64,000 nt of DNA from the sequence record OZ336094.1. One strand, given 5' to 3'. The position numbers were made by a program, and so were the translations under genes. Source of the stretch: a phage. Positions 62,577 to 64,000 of this stretch are shown here, one piece after another. Under the pieces are notes generated by a model, which was not told where the DNA came from, did not search any database, and saw nothing but the letters and a program-made list of their open reading frames with translations. Position 1 is the first letter of the stretch. Every line of letters starts with the position of its first letter.

Positions 62577-63262
62577 TGAAAGAGATTATGTTTGAAGGGC
62601 ATCGTTACGAAGTTCCAGACAATGCAAATTTCATGGCTCGTGATATCACTGGAGATGTGTTCTGGTTTGAAGATGAACCTGTGTTTTCTTCGAACAAACA
62701 CTGGTTTTCACAACAATCTTCTTCGGAAAATATGACTTTTGGCTACGTAGAGCCTAAAGTGCGCTGCAAAGCAGCTTCTTCTTTGGTAAAAATTTCCCAA
62801 GATGATCAAGAAAATACTCCAGATGTTGTTAGTGCACTACTGAAGTACATTGCAGAACTTGAGAAGAAAATTAAAGAAGCAGAAACTAAGGTGAAAGCAC
62901 GATCAGCCATCATTGAAGCTATGTCTGAACGTATCTTAGAGCTAGAAGATTTGTGTGGAGAGGCTTATCAAGTGGTTGGTGCGCTGGCTTGTGAAGCACA
63001 AATGTTTGAAACTTCAGAACAAGTTTCACATATGTTAGATAATTTGAGTGAATGTAAAATGATTCATGATGATGTATTGCCATTTTGTTGCAATGTTAAC
63101 AAAACAGAGCAAACACAAGATTCAGAAACAGTTTATGTTCCGCTAATGTGTGTTCCAGATCATCTAAAAGGTGTATTCTCTTGTAAATGGTCGCTGTTGA
63201 GCGTTACTAATTGTGGTGAAAACTATTCTGCCAACATTGAATTGCTAAAACACGTTAAATAA
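62576..63262 (+). CDS. Hypothetical protein with central coiled coil, 228 aa
   Basis: Track ORF; heptad-rich segment (ALLKYIAELEKKIKEAETKVKARSAIIEAM). Confidence 0.5.
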   Translation: MKEIMFEGHRYEVPDNANFMARDITGDVFWFEDEPVFSSNKHWFSQQSSSENMTFGYVEPKVRCKAASSLVKISQDDQENTPDVVSALLKYIAELEKKIKEAETKVKARSAIIEAMSERILELEDLCGEAYQVVGALACEAQMFETSEQVSHMLDNLSECKMIHDDVLPFCCNVNKTEQTQDSETVYVPLMCVPDHLKGVFSCKWSLLSVTNCGENYSANIELLKHVK

Positions 63263-63272
63263 GGAGAGTAAT

Positions 63273-63677
63273 ATGTGGTCTGTTAAAATCAAATATAATG
63301 CGCAGTATTATGGTGGAAAGCCTTACGAAGTTGTTATTTGTGACTGTATCTCTAAAGAAGTTGCACAGCTTTGTGGCGCTGGTGTTAGTGAAGCTATGAA
63401 CAAAATGCATAACTCGACTGTGCGTTACCTGGATCAAGATATTCCAGAAGATGTAAATGACTATGCTTACGAAGTTATTTACAGTGAAGGTAAGAAGCTC
63501 TCTATTGAAGATGCACTTAAAGCACTACCTGCTATGTGCAGCCCAACGCCAGAAGCAGTTAAAGAGGTTTTACCAGAATCCAACCCCGATGAATATGCTT
63601 CTATGGTTGCTTCAGATATGTGGAATCTCTGTCGAGAAACTATGATTAAAAATCTTGTGGAAATGGCGCATGAGTAA
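63273..63677 (+). CDS. Hypothetical protein, 134 aa
   Basis: Track ORF; RBS aaggagag. Confidence 0.5.
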   Translation: MWSVKIKYNAQYYGGKPYEVVICDCISKEVAQLCGAGVSEAMNKMHNSTVRYLDQDIPEDVNDYAYEVIYSEGKKLSIEDALKALPAMCSPTPEAVKEVLPESNPDEYASMVASDMWNLCRETMIKNLVEMAHE

Positions 63678-63888
63678 AACACACTTTATACATCCGTTTG
63701 ATCCAAAGAACAAGGCGGTTATACACCGCCGTTGGACTGAAACGCGCATTACAAAATGTCCTGTGCCAGCAGCACAGGAATATAACAAAACATATAAAGC
63801 AGAATTTGTGGAGTACACCTTTGTAAATAACAAAGGGAAGGAGGTTTATGTTCCAGAATACTGCCTTTGGATAAAATGGGAGGAATAA
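63670..63888 (+). CDS. Hypothetical protein, 72 aa (start refined)
   Basis: ATG overlapping upstream stop (ATGAGTAA); track start 63655 is TTG. Confidence 0.45.
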   Translation: MSKTHFIHPFDPKNKAVIHRRWTETRITKCPVPAAQEYNKTYKAEFVEYTFVNNKGKEVYVPEYCLWIKWEE

Positions 63889-64000
63889 TGCAAACATTTT
63901 TTATCGACAAGTTCAATAAAAGTATGAACACGTGGATGGCAACATTCACTATGCAATTTGCGTCATTTAAAGAAGCTCAAGAATGGTGCGATCAACACAA
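63888..64000 (+). CDS. Hypothetical protein, N-terminal fragment running off the window
   Basis: ATG overlapping upstream stop (TAATG), open to window end (MQTFFIDKFNKSMNTWMATFTMQFASFKEAQEWCDQH...). Confidence 0.4.
   Translation, partial: MQTFFIDKFNKSMNTWMATFTMQFASFKEAQEWCDQH

Noticed and set aside
63838-63905. Apparent one-base disagreement between the sequence text and the ORF-track translations
   Set aside because: Most likely my own mis-reading of the text; track-derived coordinates were used. It does mean hand-read coordinates elsewhere may be off by 1-2 nt.

Overview
This 64-kb window looks like a large, AT-rich, virulent tailed dsDNA phage of an enterobacterial-type host (promoters are exact sigma70 TTGACA types). 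No tRNA, rRNA, CRISPR array, integrase or transposase was recognised. Layout: (i) 71-2890 (+), a large tail fibre/spike gene; (ii) 2.9-40.5 kb, one long minus-strand block with a replication and nucleotide module (beta-class DNA methyltransferase, SSB-like protein, family-A DNA polymerase, T7-gp4-like primase-helicase, UvrD-like helicase, NrdD/NrdG), a glycosyltransferase cluster, a secreted cell-wall hydrolase, and a Ter-like accessory island (TerD, vWA, TelA-like, TerC, macro, PRTase, HAD); (iii) 40.5-45.0 kb (+), membrane proteins, a second AAA+ ATPase paralog, a zinc-ribbon/GIY-YIG-like protein and a NADAR protein; (iv) 45.0-57.9 kb, a plastic region with repeat-rich non-coding DNA (direct repeats, Fur-box-like palindromes, long palindromes) flanking about 25 small genes, most preceded by a conserved promoter + 5' stem-loop + purine-rich RBS cassette; (v) 58-64 kb (+), tightly packed overlapping small genes including a four-member paralog family. 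Domain calls come from motifs read by eye, with no database search. Coordinates for CDSs come from the ORF track (starts refined by codon offset); hand-read coordinates for hairpins, promoters and sub-60-aa ORFs may be off by 1-2 nt, and near 63841-63900 my reading of the sequence text disagreed with the track by one base.
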